Assembly: GCA_050575255.1 (NCBI GenBank)
Contig: JBNZDD010013642.1
Location: 2,433,959 to 2,497,958 of the forward strand
Length of the DNA stretch: 64,000 nucleotides
From: Harriotta raleighana
Lineage: Eukaryota
Reading direction: 5' to 3'
The position numbers were made by a program, and so were the translations under genes. Under the pieces are notes generated by a model. The model saw nothing but the letters and a program-made list of their open reading frames with translations. It made no database searches and had not been told where the DNA came from. Shown in pieces: positions 1 through 12,226 of the stretch (its first letter is position 1; each line of letters opens with the position of its first letter).

Positions 1-593
1 TCAAATTTGTGTTGAATCTCCATCAGTTGTTTGCTGATGTTTGACAGATTTAAAAACATGCTTCTGCAAAAACCCAAATATGGCTGAACAAATAAATATA
101 CAGCAAACACGTTAGACATTCTATTCGTAATTTCCCATTTAAAAAAAATCCTAATTCAGCTTTATTTTGATCCTACTTTTAAATCTCATTTTCCAAGTTT
201 GTCGTTACAACAACAGTCCCATAGTATCCAAGTGATCTGCCTTTAGCTCTATCTAAATGCTATTTTCAAGGAGGCTGCAATGTACAAGAGTTTATCATAA
301 CAGATTTGGTAAAGCTCTTTTCTCTTATGAGAACCCCTCAAAAGCTTTAGGACCTCCTGTTAAGTGTAGTGACTAGGCATTTTGTAGGCAAATGCGGCAG
401 TTCAAATGAGTTCAAATGCCGACTCGGAAGGTTCAGAGGGGATAGTGCTAGTATAACAAAATATGTTTTTTCTGTGAAGCGCTTTGAGACATCTCGAAGA
501 TGAGATAAGGTGTTATATCAAAGCAAATATTCTTATTATGCTTCTATTGCCAGTATAATGCACATATAAAATAGATTTAAAATTCTCTACTTT

Positions 594-772
594 TAATAAT
601 AATAATCCTTGCATTTGATATAGCGCTTTTCACATTTTCTAGACATCTTACAGCACTTCACAGAATATACTGTAAAGTGAATTGACTGTATATTTGTGGG
701 CGAAATGTGGCGGCCAATTGCGCACAGCAGTGTCCCACAAACAGTCGTGGATTGAAATGACCAATTTATTAC
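594..772 (-). mobile_element. tRNA-headed SINE, 3' half only
   Basis: Reverse complement of the family core (GACTGTTTGTGGGACACTGCTGTGCGCAATTGG) and the L2-like tail (AAAGCGCTATATCAAATGCAAGG(ATT)n). Confidence 0.88.
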
Positions 773-1795
773 AGTTTCCAATCCTCTATGTGGAAGAGTG
801 TCATGCTCAAGCTTTAAGAATTTGCAAAGCAAATAATTGTGAATGTAAAACTCCTTATTGTTCAAGAATCATACCAGCAGCAAACGAGGAGGCCATTCGG
901 CCCATTGACCATTTACTGGTGGTAGCTTTTCCACTGGAGATATCTATTCTAATCCCAGTTCCCTGTTCTTTCCCTGTTCTTTCTCTGTACTTTTTTATTT
1001 CTTGTTCACACAGAGAAATACTGGGAACACATGGGATTAGAGATAATGTTACAATGCTTCCAGGCTTTCAGTCATGTGGATTGCACCAGTTAAACTTAAT
1101 TGCAGTTTGGGAGATTTTTCCAACGTGATACTAACCATAGGATTGACACACAAATAAATGAATAAATAGGTGAAACCAGGAACTGAAAATGTTTGAGAAA
1201 TTCTTATTAAGGCCTGTAAATTCATTCCAAATTGTGGATATGTCCAGGGTGATGGTGTCTTTTCACTGCATCTTTATAATGTAACATAGATTCCAGATGC
1301 ACCTTTTAAGAATAAGAATGAAAAACTATCGATTTAACCAGTGAATGCAGGTTTACTTTCCTATATTAGACACTTAACAGCGACCATGTATATCCAACCT
1401 GTTATCAGAGTTGATCATGTAAACATCAATTTATGTTGATATATTAGCAAATTGTCCACCTACTGCCTGAGGACTTTTTTTTAGATTCACTAATGCTTTG
1501 ACCTACATCAATATAACGCTGTCTGCTGGTGTCACATAAACAGTCTTAATGACTGTCTGATACAAAATTGTTAAGTGTAAAATCCATATGTCGTATTTGC
1601 CATGTAAGGTTACTTGTAATGTGCAGTGATATTTATTAGCCTAATGAAGGATAATAACTTTTTCCCAAATTATTTTCCATTGGACTTATCCAGTACTACA
1701 AAGAGGGAAACAGAGAGAAAAAAAACAGACAGACTGAAGAAACTAGCAGAATCATAGATCTGTCATTCCTGTTTATTGCTTTCATTATTTGCCAG

Positions 1796-1999
1796 GTTTC
1801 GGTGGTTGTATAAAGGATGTTAGATTTACAAAGAATGCTGTCGTAAACTTGGCGGCTGTGTCCACCATTGCTGTCAGAGTCAATCTGGATGGATGCCTAT
1901 CAACTGACAGTCCTGGTAACTGCAGAGGAAATGACTCTATTCTTGTATATACAGGAAGAGCTCAAAGTGTGTATGATTCTGGTTTGCAACCATTTACAG
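1796..1999 (+). CDS. USH2A: Usherin exon (human exon-28 equivalent): laminin-G C-terminus leading into FN3
   Basis: Pyrimidine tract and CCAG acceptor at 1792-1795, donor G|GTAAAT. 204 nt, phase 1-1. Translates GFGGCIKDVRFTKNAVVNLAAVSTIAVRVNLDGCLSTDSPGNCRGNDSILVYTG...GLQPFT, which I recognise as usherin. Confidence 0.96.
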
Positions 2000-2132
2000 G
2001 TAAATGCTTATATATATATATTTTTCAGATTTAAATAAATACTTCAGCTAATTTTCAAGATTTTTATCCCTTATTTGAATGTATCTTTGACATTGGTGTT
2101 CATTGTGATTGCTTTCGTTTTTATATATAAAG

Positions 2133-2213
2133 AATATTTATACAGAGTCACTGGATCAAATGAAGAAGGCTCAACATTTGGTCCTTGGAAGAGAGGCCGA
2201 ACAAGAGAAGCAG
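2133..2213 (+). CDS. USH2A: Usherin exon (exon-29 equivalent), FN3 C-terminal strands
   Basis: AAG acceptor, G|GTAATA donor, 81 nt. Encodes EYLYRVTGSNEEGSTFGPWKRGRTREA, in frame with the previous exon across a 133-nt intron. Confidence 0.93.
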
Positions 2214-3375
2214 GTAATAAATCATTTGTTTTATCTTTTCATAATGTTGTGAATCTTTCTTTATGTTACTTATTCTTAACAGGAGCATTTTCCTTAACAA
2301 TTAACAAGATTGCTCATTTTGGTGCCTGGTGCATGATGGATCCCAGGATTAAATTTTGGAAGAAAGACCAAAGGGTTCACTTAAAAAAAAGTAGCTCGAC
2401 TTGAATGAAAGTTCTTAACTTTTGGCCATCGGTATTTTCTATACCAATAATATCACAGTGGATTATGTTTGTCAAACATTCAGGTGTAGAAGCCTCTTTG
2501 GTTTGTTTAAAAACTTCTAGAATATCAACCCTTTCCATTGCAGCATGAAACTGTTTATTAAATGAGGGTAATATTCTGGTTTCAACCTTGACTTGGTATA
2601 ATGCTCTCCAGGTGATGATTATCCTGGAAAACACAGCTGAAAAGCTATGGTACTTGAGTACAATTCAGTTCACTAAACATCATTCTCAGATATATGAAAT
2701 TGACTAGAAATATGTTGCTGGTCTTCATAAATGCCAACTAATAAAATAGAAGGTTAAAAGGAAGATACGATTGAACAAATGGCAGCAGCATAGGGATAAG
2801 TACAGTGCCGCGATTAATTCAGACTTGCCACAATGACAGGACTCTTTCTTCTCTTTTATCATAAATACATTGTGGTTTCACCATCTCGAGACATCATTAT
2901 TCATATTGTTTTGATCCCGAGTGTTGTTCAGATTGAAAAATGTTTGCATTCTTCCTTCAAGTTTTTGCGATAGGTAACCTGCAAAATTGATATTTTGTTA
3001 AAGCTGTAGGAAATGCACAGCGATTCAGACCAGAATTAAACACTGCACTACAGAATCCGAACAAGAATAGTAGATTTTTGAGAGGGTCTGGAGTTAATAA
3101 GTCAGAAATTGATTCCTGGGTACGATACGAGCATTGTGTTTCATTGCCTGGCACTTGTTTGTATGCTGCAGTCAAATAAATGAAGACTGATCATATACCT
3201 GTCCCAACAGACTGCTATTTATTTAGAATGGTGAGTTCTGGAGAGTTTGATTCAGGACTATAGTACTGTATTCGATGTGATTCAACTCAACTCTTGCCTT
3301 TTTCAGTTCCATGAGAGAGACCTATTGATGAATCCTGCAAGACCTTATAATCTTTGATACAGTACCTAGTCAAGT

Positions 3376-3692
3376 CTTTGAGACGTCTCAAAGCGCTTCA
3401 CAAAATACACTGTAAAGTGAATTGACTACATGTTGTGGCTGAAATACAGCATACAGCAGTATTCCACAAACAGTCTTGGTTTAAAGTGATCCATTTTTTT
3501 TAAGGAATTTTTAACCCCAGAAAAGCAATCCACCAAGCAATCCACCAATCGATTTCTAAGCAAATTCCTACATACAGATAGGTAAACAGTTGTGTTGAAT
3601 AAGGAAACTTGCCCAACATCTCATCCGGCTGGGAATCAAACCAAGGTCTCTCACTTGCAAGGCAAGTGCCCTAACCACTGAGCTACATGACC
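3376..3692 (-). mobile_element. tRNA-headed SINE, older long-linker variant
   Basis: Head GTAGCTCAGTGGTTAGGGCACTTGCCTTGCAAG on the minus strand. The extra linker (AAAAGCAATC..CCAATC) also occurs in the 61.07-61.43 kb copy. Confidence 0.82.
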
Positions 3693-5000
3693 TTATTATG
3701 TTGCAAGATGTAAAGAGTAAGTTTTAATTTCAGGCTGTTGGACCAATTTTAAAAAAAAAAAATGTATGATATCCACCCACCCCCCCCCCACGGGGAACAT
3801 TTCATACTCTAATGGCTTTAAATTAGTACGTCAAATGAGAGAAAAGTGAACTCTCCTGATTTGATTGTATCGCTAGTCATCCAGAACATGAGGGTGGAGG
3901 ATAAAATGGCTTTACTTTGCCTGTCAACAGTAAGGTCACCTCAGATGACTTTTCATTCATCAGTATATATTTATGTCATAGCTCTTAACACTTTGGATTC
4001 TTACCTAATGCATTAATACGGCAGCTCGAGGTTGTGTGGTAACTGAAATTCCTTGTGTAGATGTGAACTTGGGATCAGAGAATTTCAGCTGCGAAACAGA
4101 AGAGGATATTAACACAGAAATGTCCTGTTTGTCAATAGCATAATATAGACACGAATGGCTGCCAAGAGCTATGATCATGTCCATTTCACTTATCCTAATA
4201 TGCTTCCTTAAAAAAATAATATTGAGCCCACCAAAGAGACACTTCAAGGCATTCCTTACCTTGCTGCTCAGTCAACAGAGTGCTACTGATTCCTCTACCA
4301 TCTTGACATCCCAAAGGCATGCTTCATATGAATGTGACTCCTTTTTCCCACAGTTTAATTGGAGTCGGTGAAAATCAATAACAACAACTTTGATTTATAT
4401 AGAGACCTCCATGCAGGACGGCGTCTCAGAGCGCATTGAAGTGCTTTGATTCAAACGAAGGACTCAGACCAATGGATTGAAATGATTCTTCATAAAAATA
4501 TGAAGTGGTGATGTGATTTATCAAATAATCCTCACTACTTTAAGAAGTTGTCTTTCAACACACACATTGTCAGTCTGTATATGTGAATATCGATATGTAT
4601 TTATCTGTACATAGCGCTGGACAGTCTGGGATTTGTCTTGTGCAATTGCAGTATATTCTATATTTTGCATACCTGCTTTTAGTTCAGCTAACTAATTGAT
4701 AATTAGTCTAACTTCCATCTCTAAGTTAATATAATTATTAACTTGGTCAGAATGGCCATCACCCATTCCCCTACTGAATCCTACAAGCCTGGTGAAATTA
4801 TAACAGGTTGATTATGTTACATAAATTAAATCAAATCCCCCCCAAAACACAAAATGGGTTCCTGGTTCTATTCACCCCCACCCCACCCTGTCTATTTTTA
4901 CCGATAAAGATATGGATGAAGGCATCAGGACTGAAAAATAGTTTTGTCTAAAAGTGAAGATTTTGAAAATGATATTTATGAATAGATTAGAAAGATCTTC

Positions 5001-5048
5001 AATCAATCAATCAAAATTTTATTTATAAAGCGCCTTTCACGTCGGGAG
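5001..5048 (-). mobile_element. L2-type 3' tail fragment with (TTGA)n end
   Basis: Minus strand reads CCTCCCGACGTGAAAGGCGCTTTATAAAT...(TTGA)n, the same tail type as the L2 copies at 43.5 and 49.6 kb. Confidence 0.65.
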
Positions 5049-6194
5049 GAGGAGGGCTGGGAGCAATAATAAACAAAAAAGTAAATAACAATCAACGATA
5101 ATAAGCAAACTCAACAACAATAGAAAACACAACAACAACAATTAATGACTGTCCAGCCACCGCTCCCTGTCCTCGCCGCCCGCCCGGACCATCTCCAAAA
5201 AGGCGGGAACCAGGTCCTCGATGGCAATGGCCGATCCCTCTCCTCTTCCCCACTGGGACGCTGGGTGCGCTCCCAGCCCTCCTCCTCCCGCTCCACCGCA
5301 CACATCTGTCATCCGCCGGATGTGTGATTGTAATGTGATTGTATTGCTCTCACAGAGATTTACGTCTGACCTCTCCATCCACGGTCTCCTACGTTGTTCC
5401 AATGAATCACAGTGCAAGCTTGTGAAGTCTGTTGAATTGTATTATTCAAAAATATCCAAATAATTAATTTAGTTGATAAAGATTGGGAAATGTTTTTTTA
5501 GTGTGAACAGAAATGGTTTAGGATGGTGGTGGATTATTGCAAACACAGAGATCATTTCAAGATTTTCTGTTATGCACATGAGCTGCCTTTAACCTCTCTG
5601 GACATGACTGGCTTCCATCTTAAAAATCCCCAAAGTGGGTATTAAGTATTAACTTCATAGGCTGCTTTGACCCCAATTACTGCTGCTTTCATCAGTGAGT
5701 CAGGGAAGTAGTATGAATATTTAGCTCCATAACTCAATGGAAAGAGACGAAAAATATATAAATATCTCTTCAAATTTGCTGTCAACTGCTGTACAGGAAC
5801 AAAAGCTGCTCTCACAATTTCCACTCTGTACGCCGGGCAATCCTGTCATAAAGCACCTGAATATGGCAGATTTACGGCAGTACTGGGATGGCAGAAGTAG
5901 TTCTGGTCACAATGTTATCACACCAGGCAATAAATTTGATATCAGACTGAAATGTGATATCATCATTTCACCTAACCGAATATATCTCAACACCTGCGAG
6001 TCACATGAGGTGAACTGGAGGTTGTTAGGACACTGGAATGGCAATTCCTGTTTGTTCTTGTATTCCTTCCCATATAAAGTGGTTCAGAAGTGATCTATGC
6101 TTCAAGCAATATATTGCCTTTGACATTTCATACGCTTGAACAAAATGGACAAGAGCAACGAAACAAAAGAGCAAAAGAAAATTTATCTTGCATT

Positions 6195-6402
6195 TCTCCC
6201 ACAAAATACAGTCAATTCAGTTTATATAATAAAGTAATAATCCTTGCATTTAATATGGAGCTTTTCATATCTTCTAAACGTTTCAAAGCGCTTCACAGAA
6301 TACAAAGTGAATTGATTGTAATTTACAGTACATTGTGTGAAGCTCTTTGTGATGACTTGAAGGTATGATAAGGCGCTATATCAAATGCAAGGATTATTAT
6401 TA
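6195..6402. mobile_element. Plus-strand SINE 3' fragment interrupted by an antisense SINE tail
   Basis: CCCACAAAATACAGTCAATTCAGTTTA, then a minus-strand tail at ~6234-6320, then TTTACAGTACATTGTGTGAAG...AAATGCAAGGATTATTATT. Confidence 0.72.
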
Positions 6403-8607
6403 TCTTTCCCAGGGTTCAATTAAATAAGTGGGGGGGTTGAATCTTGAGTGAGATGTGAATTATGATGGAGACTAGAAAAGTGAGTGCATCTGTTACCTTC
6501 CAACCGGAAGGGAGCAATCAAGAATTTAAATCAGTCTGAGTGGATGTTAGCAATATGTTGTTGGGCTCAGAGAGGAATTTTCGCAATAGCTAGCAGGCTG
6601 AAATAGAAGAAGATTGTAGACCTGCAGGAATATGAGGGTTTAATCCCAACTCCACACAACCTGAAGTAGTTTGACATTGGATTAAACCCTGAGTTGTTGC
6701 CATAGAAATAGAGAACCTTGAGTCACCCAATCCCCTTTGAAGTATTTGCACAGATGTCCATAGCATATGATCTTTCAAAATGCTACAATTCCCCCCCCTC
6801 CCACTCCGCTCCCTACCACCCCTCCCCCAACTACAGCGTATCTAAAGCAGATGAAACTGAAATTGAGAAAAGTGTTTTTTTATATAAAAAGTAAATGGTA
6901 TTTGTTTTTAAAAGGGAAGATTGGACAAGTAGTGTTTTCTAAAATCAAATGGGTGTGATCTAAAATCAAGTAAATGTGTTTCCTTTTATGAATTTTGTAC
7001 AATTCTGTTAAATAAAATGCACAATTGGTCTTCAAAGGCTGATTTATGTATCAAGAACCCAGAGTGTTCCATTTATGTAAATAAATCAAGTATCATTCAT
7101 TAGGATTTCCATCAAATGGTTTCATTTGGAGGCAATTTAGTATGTTGGACTCAAAATATCGTTCTAAATAGTAGATAAGAAATATGAACTTTTAAAAAAA
7201 AAGCTCTTTTACTTACTTGCCTCCAAGCAATTGAACTCTAAAGAAATAAAAAAAAACATTTCAATGGTTGGGGGAACTGTACAGTCTTTACACAGTGGCT
7301 TGCGAGTCTGTGTGAATTTCTACTGAACTAATCATCCATCATCCTGCCATGAAGCTCCTTGGGTATTGCTACTGTGTCCCTTTAACAGTCATCTGTAATA
7401 AAAATTTTAACCCATCTGTTTTTCTTGTCCATTTTGTTGCCTATTAACTAATGACACACAAACGCAAAATTATTTTTCTCCAAATAAAAGCGTGCAATTA
7501 ACATGAAAACTTTTTTTTGGTTGTTGATATTCAACATTTCCATTCTTCAAATATACAATTGTTCCTCAAGGATTTGATCAGCTTCTCTTAAAGAGTTCCC
7601 TTTTACCTTTCAACAAATAATATTATCTGCTTGTGCTCTGAATTATTCAAGTGAATGTTAAAAGTGTAAAATATTAATATTGGATCTGAATTTGCAAGGC
7701 TGAGAGTGAAAATGAAAATGTTGATAAGATACATGTAGGTCTCTTGAATTTATGGCTATGTAGTCCTTTAAGCCTATAGAACAGAGCACTAAAGCGTTGT
7801 AGGCAGTGCAGGTTTTTAGCAATATTGTAATGCTACTCAGTAAGACTAAAAAGGTACTTTTTCTTTACATACTGTACACCATACAAGTAGGTACTATCCA
7901 TTACTAGGTGGAAATTATCTGATTGAGGTATTCATTATAACTTGATCTGCACAACAAAGACAGCAAGGGGGAATAAGGAATGCGGGAGATTTGATTTTAC
8001 TCAGAGCATTAGTAAGGAACAGACAAAAAGTTTGGTAACAGGACTGCATTTGACATGTTCCAGTCAACAAAAATAATTCTGGGTTATTAGATTTAGAGTC
8101 AAATACATTGAAGGAATCTAGAGAGACATTGGAGGGATAGGCTAGATGAATTGATAGCCCAGATGAATTGATAGCCCAGTCTTGCCTAAAATTGTAATTT
8201 ATTTATATTCTCTGACATGTTCTGTTTACAATTGGGATTGGGCAGAATTCCTCTCTCTCCCATCCCTCCCTTATCTCCTCCTCCTCCTGCTCCTGCCATC
8301 CCACTGTTTGGTTGTCCACTTCTGTGCACATTTTCGTTCAGGGAGTAAGAAAAAAAAGTTGTGGTGATTTTCATAACTTTCAATGAAAGTACTGTACTAT
8401 TCAATGTAATATTCAAGATGTGGGCAGAGGAAAAAGTGGAAGGTTTTCATTTTGATGGGGAAATATTCTACTTCAGGAACAATCCTCTTAAGTATCTGCA
8501 AAACCTAACACTTATAATTTCTTTGGTACCGAATATTGAATCTGTGATTACAGCTGTCTTAGCTGTTAAACTACCTTTCGCTACAAAAGTACAGAGGCAT
8601 AGTCGTT

Positions 8608-8750
8608 AGCTGTTGTGCATGATTGGCTGCATGATTGGCATTTTGCCCACAAATATACAGTCAATTCACTTTACAGTATATTCTGTGAAGCGCTTTAAGA
8701 CGTCTAGAAGAAGTGAAAAGCGCTATATCAATCTCAAGAATTATTATTAT
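8608..8750 (+). mobile_element. SINE 3' fragment
   Basis: CCCACAAATATACAGTCAATTCACTTTACAGTATATTCTGTGAAGCGCTT...AAAAGCGCTATATCAA. Confidence 0.85.
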
Positions 8751-9185
8751 AGGTGTGATCATAAACAAAACATCACAATCCAATGAAGGATTTGAAGCTA
8801 TAGCAAGCGCTCTCGGTTGTAGACTGATGTATCCAGTAATTCCTTTTAGAAATTTCAAGCTACTTTGAGCAAACACTTTAGAATGTATTGCTGCTGAAAA
8901 TCTGTAAGCTCTTTTCATGAAGTCATAATCATTCATTCAGAGCATAATTGAAATAACTAAGCAGTACATTTTATGAAAGTGATTGTGTATTTAAACATAT
9001 CAAAGAATGTTTGGGAAATAAATCAAGGATCTCAATTTTAATCAGAGTTAGAAAGTTGCAAATTTTGAATTATACTTTGGCTCATTTTTATGCTTGATTC
9101 AATGCAGTTTTTAATAATGACTGATGTGTGGTGTTTTTGCATGGACTTGCTGCTTTCTACCCAGCTCTTATTTCTCTTTTCCCAG

Positions 9186-9371
9186 TTCCACAAAGTATGC
9201 CGACTCCCTCAAGGATTCGCAGTATAAATGGTTACAGAGTTGAGGTGAGCTGGGACGAGCCTGCTGAGGTCAGAGGTGTAATTGAGAAGTGCATTTTGAA
9301 AGCATACAATGAGGACAGTCCCAGCACGCCCCCCGTCAGGGCCGATTTTACTGACATCCTTGCTCTAGCAG
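9186..9371 (+). CDS. USH2A: Usherin exon (exon-30 equivalent), FN3 N-half
   Basis: TTTCTCTTTTCCCAG acceptor, G|GTAAAT donor, 186 nt. Encodes VPQSMPTPSRIRSINGYRVEVSWDEPAEVRGVIEKCILKAY... Confidence 0.94.
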
Positions 9372-9759
9372 GTAAATTCCACCGGCAGATGAAATAAGCA
9401 AGAAAATAAGTGGGTAATGAGTGCATTGCAGACTGTACCTTAATTGGATTATAGGATGGGTGACACAGATATAGACACCTGTCCAATTACACACAGGATA
9501 AGGTGTTTACTGTTGCTGTATGGGTTACGCGAAGATGACAAGAATCTTTCCGCCCACAGATTAACATAATGAAGAGGAACAGATTACAGTGGATGCTGGC
9601 CAAGGGAGGCCCAGTGTGGCTTCACAAAGTACAGAAATGTCTTTGTGGCCCAGTCACCTAGGCTGTGCATTTAATAGTTTTAATTTGATTGTTTCAAACT
9701 GTTATTTCTGTGTAATAAGGTAATTTACACTTGCCAATTCTTGTTTGTCCCTGTTATAG

Positions 9760-9873
9760 GAAACTTGACTGGCTTGATCCCTTTTACAAATTACAGTTTA
9801 ACCATGACTGTCTGCACGAAGGCTGGCTGTGCTGAAAGTGCATGTGCAAGAAACATCGCTACCCCAGAAGAAG
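9760..9873 (+). CDS. USH2A: Usherin exon (exon-31 equivalent), FN3 C-half
   Basis: TTGTTTGTCCCTGTTATAG acceptor, G|GTAGAG donor, 114 nt. Encodes GNLTGLIPFTNYSLTMTVCTKAGCAESACARNIATPEE (usherin L-x-P-F-T-x-Y and CTxxGC motifs). Not in the ORF track. Confidence 0.94.
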
Positions 9874-11287
9874 GTAGAGCATTTTAGAAGGTTTTATCGG
9901 ACAGATTTCAATGATGAATAATAAAATAGGCAAAGAACTAAAGAATTGAAAAGCCATTTGCTGGGGAAAAAAAAACTCCAACCTAATTTGATGACAAAGT
10001 GCATTGCCAGACCATAATTGCTCCATTTTGGGGGGGAAAATGAATCAAACTCGATACCCTTTAATGACATGCATCTTTAATAGCTGTAATGCAGATTAAT
10101 GGTCTTTTTAATTGCTGTTACATTGTTCATGCAAGAGTCTCGTCGTTAATATGAGGCATCTGAAAGATTAATGAAAGCTTCTTCATTTTACTACAGCAGA
10201 GAAGTAAATCTAGAGACAGTCTGACTAAAAAGAATTGATTGGATAGCAAAGTATAAAATTGGAAATCAAATGCTCAATTTCCATGAGCTTATTAAACTGG
10301 CAAAGTTTATTTTCTTTTAAGACAATTTTTGTACTAAATTCAAGTTTACCAAAATACTTTGTACATTATATTATTTAACCTTCAAGATCATTATTCGACT
10401 CAGAGCTATTCTTCCAGATAGATTTAGATTTTGCCATGATATCTGAACATATACTCCAATGGGCTGAACATCCCAGAAGACGGTTCCGACCACAACCCCA
10501 GCCATATAAATTTTATTCAAAAGTGCAAATGACTTGGAACTTTTAGTGCCAAGGAACAGATTCTTCTACGGAAACATATAATAGATTTACTCTGCAGTAC
10601 TGTGAAGGAGTAATTATCATTTTTTTTTAAAAACTCTCATTTGGTTACTGTTCCTCGAGCAGCTAAGTGAAATTGTACACGAGCTTTAGCCAGAAATTAA
10701 GTGAAGAACAAAATAATGAACTAGAAAGAGCTTGCATTGAAATACTCAAAAGTCTTGTTTATCGGAAATAAATTAGTCATTGTGATGTTTTACAAACTTA
10801 ATGCAAAACAACAAGCATAGATGGTCAGTTTATAGCATGGTTGAAACATTTGCCAGTCTTCACAGTCCTCTTTGATCCTCTTTGTTATCATTATAGATGG
10901 TTAAGAAATAAATGTACACATTAAAAAAGTCATGAAATCATGAAGTAGATGGAAAAATCCACAGTTAAAATGTGTAACTAATGTTCAGATACTGCATTTT
11001 TGAGCACTGAGCACTATCCTTGATGAATTTTTTTTTCTCTCTTGAATTATATGAAATTATTTCCAGGACATTTAGACTCCTTGTCTCCAGGTTATTTCAA
11101 TTTCTCCTTTGGTTTAAACTGGAAGTTAGGAATAAGGCATAATTCATTTCATGGCTGTTGTAACACTATGTCCTCCTGTTCAAATGCACTGCAGGGTTCT
11201 CCTGCAAAAATACGCAGTCACTACAATTAGTAAATCATAAGAAGCACTTTGAGATGCCCTCCTACGTGAAATGTGCTATATCAAATA

Positions 11288-12226
11288 CAGTAAAACCTTG
11301 TTTATCTGGCACTCAGGGGATCTGGCCAGTGGCAGTTAAACCGTTTTTCCGGTTGAACGGATTTAAAAAATATATTTTTTTAATTAAAAATTATTTTAAC
11401 ACATACCTTATTAATAATAGACTAAATAATAACAGAATATTCTATTAGTACATTATTATTTATACTTAACTTCGATTCGACGGGAGGTAAAACAAAACGC
11501 GACTTTAAAAAGCAATGAATTTAGACCTAACAGCCAGCACACACACACACACACAGACCCTTAAAGATATTCAGTCTGAATCCATCATATAAATTTTGTC
11601 CATAATCCTCACCACTCACCCCCACCTTTCCTCTCTCTCCCTCCGTCTCTCTCTCTCTACATCAACTTGCCTGCCATTCTCTCTCTCTTGCTCCATTATG
11701 CTTTCCCCCATCTCAGCCTCAGAGAGAGAGACTGAGAGAGAGAAACCTAGAGAGAGAGAGACTGTGATTGGTGGGGAGAGAGAGAGAGACTGAGAGAGAG
11801 ACTATGATTGGGGGAGAGAAAGTGTGAGAGAGAGAGAGACTGAGATTGGGGAAGAGAGAGTGTAAGAGAGAGAGAGAGACTGTGATTGGGGGAGAGAGAG
11901 ACTGAGAGAGAGAGACTGTGGTTGGGGGAGAGAGAGAGAGTGAGAGAGAGACTATGATTGGGGGAGAGAGAGTCTGAGAGTGAGAGACTGAGATTAGGGG
12001 AGAGAGAGTGTGAGAGAGAGACACGCCCCCTTTGGAGCCCATGCTCCAACTCATGCGAATGAGGTATAAAAAAAACTCGACTTTAAAAGGACCCAAAATG
12101 AGTTTAGACCCGACATTAAACGTGTCACTGGATAACTTCCAGTTAATGGAATCGTGACTTTTTTTTGAGGTGGCGGTTGAACGGGTTTTCCGATTATTCG
12201 AGTCACGGATAAACAAGATTTTACTG
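11288..12226. mobile_element. pogo/Tigger-like (Tc1/mariner superfamily) MITE carrying a GA-rich minisatellite
   Basis: TA|CAGTAAAACCTTGTTTATC ... GATAAACAAGATTTTACTG|TA: terminal inverted repeats with TA target duplication, no transposase ORF. Confidence 0.85.
11720..12022. repeat. GA-rich minisatellite (units like GAGAGAGAGACTGTGATTGGGGGAGAGA)
   Basis: Tandem degenerate units seen directly. They explain the SLSL-type spurious ORFs. Confidence 0.9.

Noticed and set aside
593-1128. ORFs with the recurring peptides [18 protein letters not shown] and AVSHKQSWIEMTN
   Set aside because: These are translations of SINE copies in different frames, not a gene family.
2141-2145. Downstream TACAG as an alternative acceptor for the 81-nt exon
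   Set aside because: Using it would remove 13 nt and shift the frame. The upstream AAG preserves the usherin frame.
8144-8177. 17-bp perfect tandem duplication AGATGAATTGATAGCCC x2
   Set aside because: A simple slippage duplication in an apparent old LINE relic, with no further structure.
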